Source of the DNA: Amoebophrya sp. A120
Taxonomy: Eukaryota; Protista; Dinoflagellata
DNA: 64,000 bases
Assembly (NCBI GenBank): GCA_905178155.1
Contig: CAJINV010000004.1
Location: 3,629,320 to 3,693,319, forward strand
Direction: 5' to 3'
The position numbers and the translations under genes were made by a program. Below, in pieces: positions 35,401-45,871 of this stretch. Numbering within the stretch: the first letter of the stretch is position 1; each line of letters starts with the position of its first letter. The notes below the pieces were generated by a model. That model searched no databases and had not been told where the DNA came from. It was given only the letters and a program-made list of their open reading frames with translations.

Positions 35401-37364
35401 TGTTTCGGGTTTGGAATAAAGCTGCTAAAGTAGCATGACAAAAGGCGCCTTCTGTCCCTAAACAGCATGACAAACTGGTTTTCGACGGTGCCGAAATTTG
35501 TCATACGCCGCTGGGAAATTGGGCTTCCAGCTGGTATCGATTTTATGCATTACAACTTTGACGATTTCAATCCTGACACTCCCATATCCAGTTCGGCGCG
35601 CTGACCGGGAATATGCGGACCCACGACAAGGGCTCCGGTGCGAAGAGGCAAGACGGCGACATGGGCGCGCACATGCTGTTGTGGGACTGGCCTTTCCCGG
35701 TCATGAACGCCGCGAAGCAGCTGTTGATCTGGCGCACCATGTTGATCCCGTACTTGTACACCACCGCCTACATCGCGACCTACACGAACGTGAGCCCGAT
35801 GCGCCCGATCTACTACGACTGGCCGGAGTTCGAGCAGAGCTACACGGAGGTAGACCGGGACGATTTCGAGGAGGTGGTCCCCTTCTCCTACATGCTGGGC
35901 CACGGGTTGTTGACAAACCCGGTTGTGAAGTCCAACGGGGCCAACCCGAGTGCGGATTACGACGTCCCGCGCGAAGCCGGGTATTCGCACGACCGGGTCA
36001 AGCGCGCGCAATTCTGGGTCTACAACGTGAACCAGTGGCCCTTCTGGCTGCCGCCCGCACGGGATCTGTCCATTGTCGGGCGTACTAGCGAGGGCATGGG
36101 TAGTACTTCAGTTGAGGAGCAGGCTTCTCTTGACGTTCAGGAAGGGAATGCTAGTGGTGGTGCTGAAGCAGCTACAGCAGGCTCTCGCCGTCTACTACTT
36201 CCACCTGGAGATGAGCAGCTGCGGAAAAGCGGTCCAGTGTTTTGGTATGATCTCATGCAGGGCCGGACCATGTTTTCGAAGTCGAACAGTGCAGCATCGA
36301 CCGGGGACCAGCTGACGAACAAAAACATGTACCTAATCGACGAATTTCCGCTGTTTCAACTCTCTTCCGTGGTGATCCCGTTGAATATCCGGAAATTCAT
36401 CATCGGCGGCGCCACCCGGGAGAAGTACATGCAGGGTCTCATTTGGCAAGTCGTCGCGCCCGGGGCGCGCTTTTTTACACCGCCGGCTAACAGCGACAAT
36501 GATCGTGCTTCTAGTCCTATCGTCCAGCGCGGCCTGGTCAAGGATGACGCCTACGGTTTGACACCGGACTATGTGAACGGGAAAAATCTGGAAATCAGCT
36601 GTGTGGTCCTCTGGCAGTCCCGAACGGAAGTGTACGTCTTCTTGAAGGAGGACCGGAGCGCAGATTTGATGATGTTAAATGCAGACGATAAAACATCAAA
36701 CTCGCTCGTCTCCCAAGACGACCGACGATTTTCCCTGTTTTTGCACAACTTCGCGGGCACAGTGGTGGACGCTTCCTTTGCGAAAAACCCGGATGCGATC
36801 GCGGGCGTCGACTTTCCGAACGGGGTGGCCGATGCGTTTGCCGCGTTGGATAGAAGTACAACTTCTAGTACCTCTGCGGACGCAGCAAGTAGTAGAACTA
36901 CTACGCAGCCAATCTTACTCGACGAGTTACAACCCACCTTCCTGCGCCCAAAAGACGAGGACACGCCGAGCAGCAGTAATGTGGACGGCGACGTGCAGAC
37001 GCTCGGGCTCCGGACGGTGACCGCGTGTGTTTTGTCCTGCACGCGGATCCAGAACATCCGGCTCGGGGTTACGAAGTTGGTTTTGGAAGAAAAGATCGCG
37101 GAGCCACTGCTCCAGGGACTGCGGGGGGCAGACCGGAAAGTGGGCCGCGCGCGCGGAAAGCGGGAGGTGATCAACGCGGAGCCGGGGGGTGGAATTAACA
37201 TTCCGGAGTGGAAGGACGGGAAAATCACGAGTTTGGAGCGGACGGTCCGGGATTTTTGGGACGACGCAAAGTCCGCGATGGGAAGGGTGGACAAGGACCA
37301 GGATTACGTCACTTACGCGCTGTTCGAAACTGCCACGCAGCTGAACACGGAGGAGTTATTGTGA
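32452..37364 (+). CDS. Glycoside hydrolase family 31 (alpha-glucosidase/xylosidase-like), probably secreted
   Basis: PLVPRYNFGYWLSYW, PIDVYVLDMQW, nucleophile region WIPWWDWQSG, QRYPLGFVGD, YLRWFQ|FGALTGNMRTH, LIPYLYT, MRPIYYDWP. Three introners. Unexplained frame change near 33045. Confidence 0.88.
34432..34710. mobile_element. Introner, family B
   Basis: TAAAAACGTACCCACACCAGAG inverted; DR CCAGA; removal gives PIQKSWIPWWDW. Confidence 0.92.
34770..34921. mobile_element. Introner, family E (TGCAAAAGTATC TIR)
   Basis: DR TTCCG; removal gives IRISANANNNEC; interior matches 56737-56898. Confidence 0.92.
35289..35586. mobile_element. Introner, distinct family (TATGGAAGCGTCAGGATTGAAATC.TCAAAGTTG)
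   Basis: ~35-bp TIR; DR TTCAG/TCCAG; restores the GH31 motif RWFQFGA. Confidence 0.92.
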
Positions 37365-38321
37365 ACTGGAAAGAAGCTGCAGCTGTTCTTGTTGTGGTGC
37401 TGCGGTCGTGTTGACATTCACAAAAGTTGTCGTTTCGAATGTACAGTAAACCACCTTTTCAGTTTCTACACACATGACGTACATGCACATTTCAGATTTC
37501 TATTTTGCCCACTAATTTTGCTGAGTTTATTTTGCTACCCTTGTCTCGTCCCCCAGGTCAGTACTAAGGCCCCAAGTTGTAGTATTTCGACTTCTCGTTT
37601 TCGATTTGAATTACATTTTGAAGCACATAATACATAGCTTATGTTTCCGTACACTGTTTTCTCACGACATTGATCTTCGTTACTTTCTTCTCGCGGTTGC
37701 GAGACCCTCTCCCGCTCTGTGAGCAACGCAATGCACGCCCCATTCAATTGCCACCTGCCCGTCTTCTACTTTTTGCAGCAACCCTGTCGATGAAGTAAGA
37801 TCGATGACCAAATTTACCTCCCAGTTATTTTTGAGACAGGACTGTGGTTTTCGTTTTTTGCGTGTTTTCGTTTCATGTCGTGATGAAGACGTCGTGGCAG
37901 ATCGTGAAACATCAAATCGTGCTGCCAAGTTTTCGTATGCGGTTTTAACATCGTGTCAATTTCATAGCTCGTACTGATAGATGATGCTAAAGTTTTCGTT
38001 CATTCTGTATTGTCGTTCCAGGTCTAACCTCCTTCGTAATACCATCGTGCTTCCTGAACTGCATTCATTTGCAGCTGGCAAGTATTGAAGGGAAATACCA
38101 TCACTTCACTAACTGTTACACTTTAGTCAGTTCCTGTTACTACATGTACAACTACTAGTATGCCTTTTGTAGGGCATGAGCTAAAAGTAATAAACACCTA
38201 CCTTGTGGTTTGCGGTTACCACGACTGAACTCGTCACCCCCCTTTTTCTGACGTACTATCAAAGTTTATACCTACAACTACCACAAACAACATTCATCCG
38301 CTGAGACTGCAAATCCGCAAC

Positions 38322-41300
38322 ATGGATATCAAATCTCTCGTTCGCACCTCCCGGCTGTTCGCGCTCTTAGCGACGGCCACTCTGGTCAACAAGAACCATG
38401 TCACAGCTAGGAAAGCCGCTTCTCTGCGAGGCCGAATGGCGAGAAGCGGTAGTGCGATGGAAATAAGAACATCTGCGAAGACCGGAAAGAGTAGTGCTTC
38501 TACGAGCAATAGCAAAAAAAGTGCTCGACAAGAAGAAAATCATGCGGCGCAGCACACAGCAGCACAAAACCAAAAGTCATCGAGCACGCTCACTAAGGTC
38601 AATTTGCTACAGAAGCAGAAGATGAGAAAAAACAAAGCAGGAACACAGAACCTTCATCTCGCGGCGACCAGGCAGGAAGAGCAAAAAGCTGGCAGAACAT
38701 CAAGTCGTGCAACAACATCAAAGCAAATCCTTGGTTTGAACGACGAAGGCAGCTGCAACCTGATTGCGCTTGGCATGGAGTACGCGGACGATTTAATTCC
38801 CTTTCTGACGGATGCCCACCGGTACAGATTGTTGAAGGCGCTGAAACAAAGCATGTCAACGACCCCGGGTACAAGTACAACGAGCAATGGAGATGATGTT
38901 GAGAATTGTATGAAAACTGAATTGGAAGATTTGAAACGAAAGGGAGAGGAACAAATCAAGACCGAGAACGACGACCGAACTGCGAGCAGCGAGGATCTGG
39001 CGAACGACATGCGGGATTTCCTGTTTTCGGTTGACACGGTCGCATCAGCGGGGGTCGGCGCATCAGCGGGTGATACTTCTATCCGCTCCCGGTACTCCGC
39101 GCTCCAAATCCTGTTCGTGGACAGTGGCGAAGCGGGCGGATTGACGGACGTGTCCGCCACCACGGACAGTGGCGCCGCGCACAATTTCGCGTGCAATCCG
39201 AAGCGCGTGTTGCTCAGTACGGACCTGCTGGAGCGACTCCAGACCGCGACGCTTGAGTCCGACACCGCCGGCTTTTGGGCGGCGCTGCAGATCGACCAGG
39301 TCAAGGCTTCCCCGGACTCCACCTGCGTCACGATCGAAGACGCCCTCCGGTTCGGGCGGCACGCCCGGAAGGTGACGGTGGAAGAGATGGCGGAACAGTA
39401 CGTCGACTGGACCACCGCCGCGCCCCCGGAGGCGCTGGTGATCGTTCTGAAACTGGGGCAGATGCACTTTTTGCGGAACGAAGTGCCGTTACTGGGCTTC
39501 GAAGACAGCCACCTGATGCTTCTCTCCGACCCTTTGGAATCGAAGTCGCAAGCGGTGGTTTCCGGCGGGATCACGTTGCCGGACACGGGGAAGTTTGCGG
39601 ACTGGCTCAGGGTTGACAACGAGAACACGGTCACGGACGAAGTGATCGCCTTGTCGGGCCTGGTCCCGATGAAGGCGGATTTGTTCCGGGACCGGTCGGA
39701 TGCGACCGAAAACCAGGAAGGCGACAACATCGCGACCCCCGAGCCCGACCCGGACGCGCCGGACGGGCCCATCGCGATCCCGAGCATCCGGGTGTTGAAC
39801 GCCAACAAAATTCTTTCGCTGGACTACGAGCCAGGGCGGCGGTTCATTCCCGCGCGGTTCCCCAACCTGATGCCGGACGACGGGGTCCCCTGCGAGCCGG
39901 CGATTCACGGCGAATTGGCTTGCGTGCTGAATGCCGACCGGTGGACCGGAAGGGTCCTTCCGACGGAATTTCTATCGGTTTTCGACCAGAACGCGGCGCC
40001 CCAGGGGTCGGACGAGGAGGATTTGAGACTCGAGTACGCCGCGCCAGGGGATCTGGGCGGCGGGACAGACAACTGCGCGGCGGACTTTTCCTTTTTCGCC
40101 TACTCGGGCGACGGGAAGTGCCGCCACTACAGCCCGGCCGGTGGGTTTTTCTGCTCCGCGCACCAAACGGGGGCGTATCTGGGGGAAATCGACCAGGACG
40201 GGCCCTGGGACCCGAAGACGGCCCAATTCCGCATTGAAGAGCTTCTCGACAGTTTTGTCCAGGATTTCAAGTCGGGAACCTGGCCCGACCGGGTGTTGGA
40301 CGACCTCAGAGGTGCGACGATCAGTGTGATGCACAGCCAAGGGTACGGAAACATGCTGAAGGGCGTGAAAAAAGCGAAGTGGGTTGCGGGACAAAGCACC
40401 AAGTCGTTGATCGAACTGACCCTGAGCAGAATTTCGCCGCAGCTGGCCCGCGGCTGGGAACGGGTAGACAAAGCGACCGGCGAACTCGCCGTCGGGAGGC
40501 GGTTTTCCCTGGCGGGTTCGAAACTCTTTCTCGATGCGAACCGCGAGTGGTTCTTCGACAAGTACTATCAAATGTAAAAATGTCTGGGTCTGGAAGGATC
40601 CAAACTTGTCATGCTATCTTTGGATTCTAAAAAAATCTGTATTGCATGACCAGGAAGAGGAGCCCAGACTGTGCTACGTGGAGAGGGCATTTGTAATGCG
40701 GAATAGGCATCAGGAAGCCTCTCTGTGATGCTAGGTCGTGCGTTACAGACATTCTGGGTCATGCAAAACACGCATGACAAGTCAAGCATCATGTAAAAAG
40801 TAGAAGCAGATACTTCAACAGCCGCGCAGCTAGCGGGGGGGTGACTCCTGTGGTCCCCCCCCACCGGCTGTGCTTTTTCCAAAACATCCAGGAAAACCGT
40901 GTCGCGGTTCTTTTTTTTTCCAGCAAGTGGCTGGTGGGGGCGTAATATAGGATAAGGAAGTATGTAGGTCGTGAATGTAGAAAAGACTAAGAAGAGCCGT
41001 GCTGGTAAGGTAGAAAACCGGAACTACTTCGATACATAAATGGGGTCGTAGTTGGGTATAGTATTTTTTGGCTGAGATAAAAAGAAAACATCATGAACAA
41101 CGAACGCGGAATCGGAGACAACGCGGCAAAGCGGGGGCAGGGGCGCGGCCTGCCAGCGAGGACACGGCAAGGGAATCGGGACAAATGGCCAGGGGCTCAA
41201 GACAAGTGCCAATGAGGGGAGCCGCGCGCACCGTTCGAGCTACAGGAGGACGAGGAGGACTAGGCCAACGTGTGGAGCGGAGGGGGAGAGCGGGGAGGAC

Positions 41301-43938
41301 TAGGCCAACGTGTGGAGGACCAGGGATACGCGTGTGGAGCGGAGGGAGAGAACGGCTGCGAAGCGAGAACAAGTTGCTGGGGCAGGCGACAAGTTTAAAT
41401 TTGGTACAAAAAAAAACAGCACTCAGATACCCGCGCCATCTGCTTAACTGTGTGAAATATTGTGTCGGCCCGGTCCTGCTTGGTCGCAGGCCGGTGTTCG
41501 TGAGATCAGATTTCACATGTTAAGTAACGCACACCGGCGCCTAGCTTAAAAAAATGATGAATTTACATGAAGATGGGGCCTAATCAAAAAAAAAAAACAC
41601 GCATGACAAGTCTCAGAATCTTCCAGAGCCAGACATTTTTGCAGTTGATAAGTACGAGCGCAAGCTGTGGCTGGCGTTTGGGAAAAAGGGAGACAAATAC
41701 GACAGTGCGGAAGAAGTGGCGGGGAAAATGAAAGCAGACGGAAACAAACCGCCAGCGGATTTCGACTCGGGGTTGATTGCGGCGAGACTGGGCGTGTTGT
41801 TCCGGGTGGACAATGCGACCAACGTGTTTTTCAGCGGTATCCGGTTTCGCGACACCGATGTTACCTGGGACGAGATGCGGGGCGTGCCCAGCGGCGGCGA
41901 CTCCAGTCTGCAGCACTCCGGGGCCATTCATTTGAAAGAGTCAACGAACTTCAACCTGAAACACTCCGAAGTCACGAATGTCGATGGGAACGGGATTCTA
42001 CTCGAGGGGTATGATAGTGCACAACTCCCCCTCCCCCTTATTTGTATAGCATGAGCGGCAATACAAGCATCAGTAAGAATGCCGGTTTTCCATGACAGAT
42101 CTGCACTGGAGTGTAGTGCTATTTGGGCTACCAGAACTTGTCATGCAAACAGCGCCACGAGGCAAGGGGTGGATTGGGCATTTTGCATGACAAATGAGGG
42201 GGAGGGGGAGTTGTGCACTGTCATAAGGGGCGAAACGAAAACACCAACATCCAGTTCAACGAGTTCTCTTTCATCGGGGACCACGCGATCGCTTTGTGGG
42301 GGAAATTCTCGACCAAAAACGGAGAGGAAGTTTTCCCCGGGAGTCCTCTGTGCGACAACCGGGAGGGCTTTTCCCCCGCGCCCTGTGCGACGCGGAATTC
42401 GGTGCCGGTTGACACAAAAATCACAAACAACGTGATTTTCAACGTCGGGTTTCACACCAAGCACGCCTCCGGGATTTTCCAAGCCGTGTCCGCGAAGTCG
42501 GTGGTGAGGCAGAATGTGTTGTTTAACGCGCCGCGAACGCTGATCAACCACGAGGACAACGCGATCGGGGGCTCGGTGTTGGAACAGAATTTGCTTGCCA
42601 ACGCGGTCCGGGAAACCGAGCAAATCGGGGTCTACAACACGTTTGGACGGGTGTTTCTGAACTACGAGCCGAAGGAGTTCGGGTTTTTATCTTCTTCGAG
42701 TACTTCTACGGGTGCAAATGGCGAGGAGAGCAACTTGTTCGCGTACGACGCGGAGTCCGGGCCGACGCCGGTCCCGATGCGGTCTTTGGTCCGGAACAAT
42801 TTTGTCTTCAACGGGAATTACGGGGTCGCGGGCATTGACAACAACGACGGGAGTGCGTATCACCAGGTGGAGAACAACGTTCTCGTGAATTCCGGCGGAC
42901 TGAAACTGCTAAATGGCCACGACAAACGGTGGCGGGGCAACCTGCTGTTCCCGAAAAGAAGCGTCGGTTTAGTTGTCCCCGAGGTGGCAGCTGTTGGAGT
43001 TGAAACGAAACCCGACGTGAAGCTAATTCCCTGTGTCGGCGGGGGCCCTAGTACTATTGATCCACTCCGCTCGACTGCTGGTTCTGACGGAGCATTAATA
43101 CCGAGCGACTGCGCAAAGGCGGACTCGAAACACCGGTCGTCGTTTGTGGAGAATCTGTGCGTGACCGACAATGTCGAACGAGACGCTGGGCTGTTGGGAC
43201 ATCAAGATCCTGGGACGACCACGACGGGACGTGAAAACGCAATTCAATCCGTCGATGTCGGGTCGTCGGACCAGGTCTGCGATTATTTTCATAGCACGAC
43301 AGGAACAAATTCAGATTCTTCATTTTGCGGCAAGAACCAGTATGACACTGTGCGGACCAAGATCCAGATCGGGGCTCTCGAGGTCCACACGTCGGCCGCG
43401 ACGGAAGGAATTCGGGCGGCGGGGGCCCAGAGCTCGCTGAACGCGGTTCCGGTCGTCGACGTCGCAGCGGGAACCGCCGCTGGCCAGTATTGCAATGAAA
43501 AATGCCCCCACCCCATATGAAAACGCAAATTTGTGATGCAGATTTGTGGTCACGAATCACCTTTATCATGCTACAAGGGAAATAAAGATGCGGACTGTAG
43601 TACTGGGTTGCGTGGGAAAGCTTTGCATATTCAGCATGAGAGGAGGCAGCTGGAAGTGAAAAACAGCATGACAAATCGCCTGCAAACGAGGCCATAGCTG
43701 CGGCCCTTGGCTGTGTAGCAATACAAGTCGATTTGTGTACTCAAATACAGCATCACAAATTTCGTTTTCGAAATGGGGAAGGGGGATTTTTCCTTTTGAT
43801 AGCCAGACGGACGGGGCGAGTGGCTACGCCGTGCCCGAAAATTCAGACTCGGACGGTGGTGGGCAGGCCGTCGGGGTGGCGCCGAACGAGGCGCCGAAGG
43901 ATGAAGCGGGGGAGGACGAGCAGGGGTGTTGTAGGTGA
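38322..43938 (+). CDS. Large secreted protein with a right-handed parallel beta-helix (pectin-lyase-like) region
   Basis: N-terminal signal-like stretch. EWFFDKY|ERKLWL, VFFSGIRFRDT, NVDGNGILLEG|RNENTNIQFNEFSFIGDHAIAL, GIDNNDGSAYHQVENN resemble beta-helix repeats. Three introners. Confidence 0.75.
40566..41650. mobile_element. Introner, family A, expanded to 1085 bp by a nested insertion
   Basis: Family-A TIRs at both ends; DR AGTAC; removal gives FDKYERKLW. Confidence 0.92.
40784..41597 (+). mobile_element. Poly(A)-tailed retroposed insertion (SINE or 5'-truncated non-LTR 3' end) nested in an introner
   Basis: (AAAA)CACGCATGACAAGTC duplicated at 40765-40783 and 41594-41612; 12-A tract at 41586-41597 abuts the right copy. 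Confidence 0.85.
42010..42225. mobile_element. Introner, distinct family (TATGATAGTGCACAACTCCCCCTCCCCCT)
   Basis: ~35-bp TIR; DR AGGGG; frame restored. Confidence 0.93.
43488..43801. mobile_element. Introner, family C
   Basis: DR GCCAG; removal gives TAAGQTDGASG. Confidence 0.9.
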
Positions 43939-44874
43939 AAAAATTGTTTTTTTGGTTTTCGCAGCTTGAAGTTGCGGTCAATTGATTTTTCGGGTAATAG
44001 TATTTTGCTTCGATCAAGTTCAAGATCATTTGAATTTCAAGGAAGTAATGTATGCCCCTCAGCAAGCATATCCTGTTTCAAGAATGATATTTGTTCCCAA
44101 CCCTTGAGAATATATCACCCCAAGACAAAGTCAAAGCATATCCTGTCTCATCTGGTCTACCCAACACCTTATTTGCTTACTACCCGATTTTGATTTTCTG
44201 CGTCGATTAGATACTCACTTGTTGAAGGAGATGGATGCCTTTGCAACTTCGAGTACTATATGAACCGCTGCAACCCCTATGACAAACACAAAACGCCAGA
44301 CTTTTTTGATTTTGAGAATCCCGCTGATCGTTTCATATTCATATGACCAGTGGCCGTGGCCGCATTAGTTTCTGCAAGAAGTCACCTGGTCTATTTCAGT
44401 TGTTCAGAAGTGGTTATGAAGCCGTAAAATCGTTTTCATCAGAATTATGCGCACGACGCAGTGTAATAAAAATCGGAACGCAGCTTGCGCTTGGCTGTGA
44501 ATCAATTCGGTTGCCTTCGTCTGTCAGCCTTCGCTTCGATCGGTCTGCTGTCGAAAAATTTCGTTCGGACGTACGGCACGTGATACCTTCGTGAACTCGT
44601 TTGGAACAAAAGAAACTCTAACTTTTTTGCGAAATCGTACGTCGCATCGTAATTTTTCCAAGGCATGACACAATCAATTTCACACGAAGAAGTACTCGTG
44701 TTCCATTGTTTCGCATTTTCAACCCGCAATTCCATGTCCCCCCCTTTGCCCCTTCGTGTTTGCCCATTAAATTTGATGACTCTGTTTCGTAAAAATTTTC
44801 GCATCTTCGCTCACTCCATTTTAGGGAATCGAATCGGAAAAGTTTTTTCCAAAACAAACCACCAAACTCTCAAA

Positions 44875-44982
44875 ATGGCGAAGATGATGAAGATGATGAA
44901 GGCCGCCGAGCCGGCCCCGGCGATGAAGAAGATGATGAAGATGTCCATGAAGATGAAGATGATGTCCATGAAGAAGAAGTAA
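44875..44982 (+). CDS. 35-aa Met/Lys-rich microprotein resembling a DVNP N-terminal tail
   Basis: MAKMMKMMKAAEPAPAMKKMMKMSMKMKMMSMKKK*; all 11 Lys codons are AAG; CAAAATGGCG start context after an A/C-rich leader. Confidence 0.6.
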   Translation: MAKMMKMMKAAEPAPAMKKMMKMSMKMKMMSMKKK

Positions 44983-45871
44983 GCACGCAGCTGCTACTTC
45001 GGGATGACATTAATCTGAGAAGTCTTATGGAAAATAAGCAAGTAGTCTAGCGCTCCTGGTTGTGGTGTATCTCTACAGTGGTCGAGCGCATGCTAGACGT
45101 AAATACTTTTCTTGATGGCACGGATCTCATTTATGTAGGTACGCTACAGAATGTTTAAAGTGACCTTGGGAAAAGAATAAGAAAATGTAAAATTACTTAG
45201 TACAAGTCGACGCCTTCTTCTGCGAAGAGGTCGTGTGTGCTTGCAGTGGCTTTTGCCAAGTACCACTTGTTGTGCCTGGTTTGCGTGGCATCCCCAAATC
45301 GTTGTCGTACAGTCGTTAGAGCAGGAGGCAGGTTGGATGGAATGAATCTGCAATTCGGTTGGCTATGGACTTTTATGTCGTCTGTGATCTCGTTTCGTTC
45401 GGTTTTTCGGAGATTTTCGTTCGGACATGAAGATTTGACGTTCATCTTCCAGCAGTGCAGTGCTGTTTGAAAGCTCGTTCTGCTTCTGACGAAGAAACGG
45501 TTTGCCAAAAAAAATCTCCGAAATTCCATCTCTACCTGCAGCACTGCGATTCAGTTCTTTATTCCCAAAGAACCCTTTTTGAAGACACGTATTCAAGTAC
45601 TACTCAACCTTGAACTAGATCCCCCCTTCGCTTAAACTCTATCATGACGTCATTTCCAACTTCTTGAATTTCGATTTTTAAATTTCGAAGACCGAAAGCA
45701 TTTTTTACTTTTGTCCACGGTTCTCATCAAAACAACTGTAACGCAAAATAATCTTCTTCGTTTACACGAAACACCCACCTAAGTATGAAATAAACCACTT
45801 ATACTTCATTTTCACAAAACTGTTTTCCCACGAGTTTCGACGTACTCACATCAATTTTCCACTCAATCATC

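Noticed and set aside
38654-39808. Long minus-strand ORFs (384 aa here; also 36569-37294 and 58376-59155)
   Set aside because: Antisense shadows of GC-rich + strand exons with no recognisable motifs.
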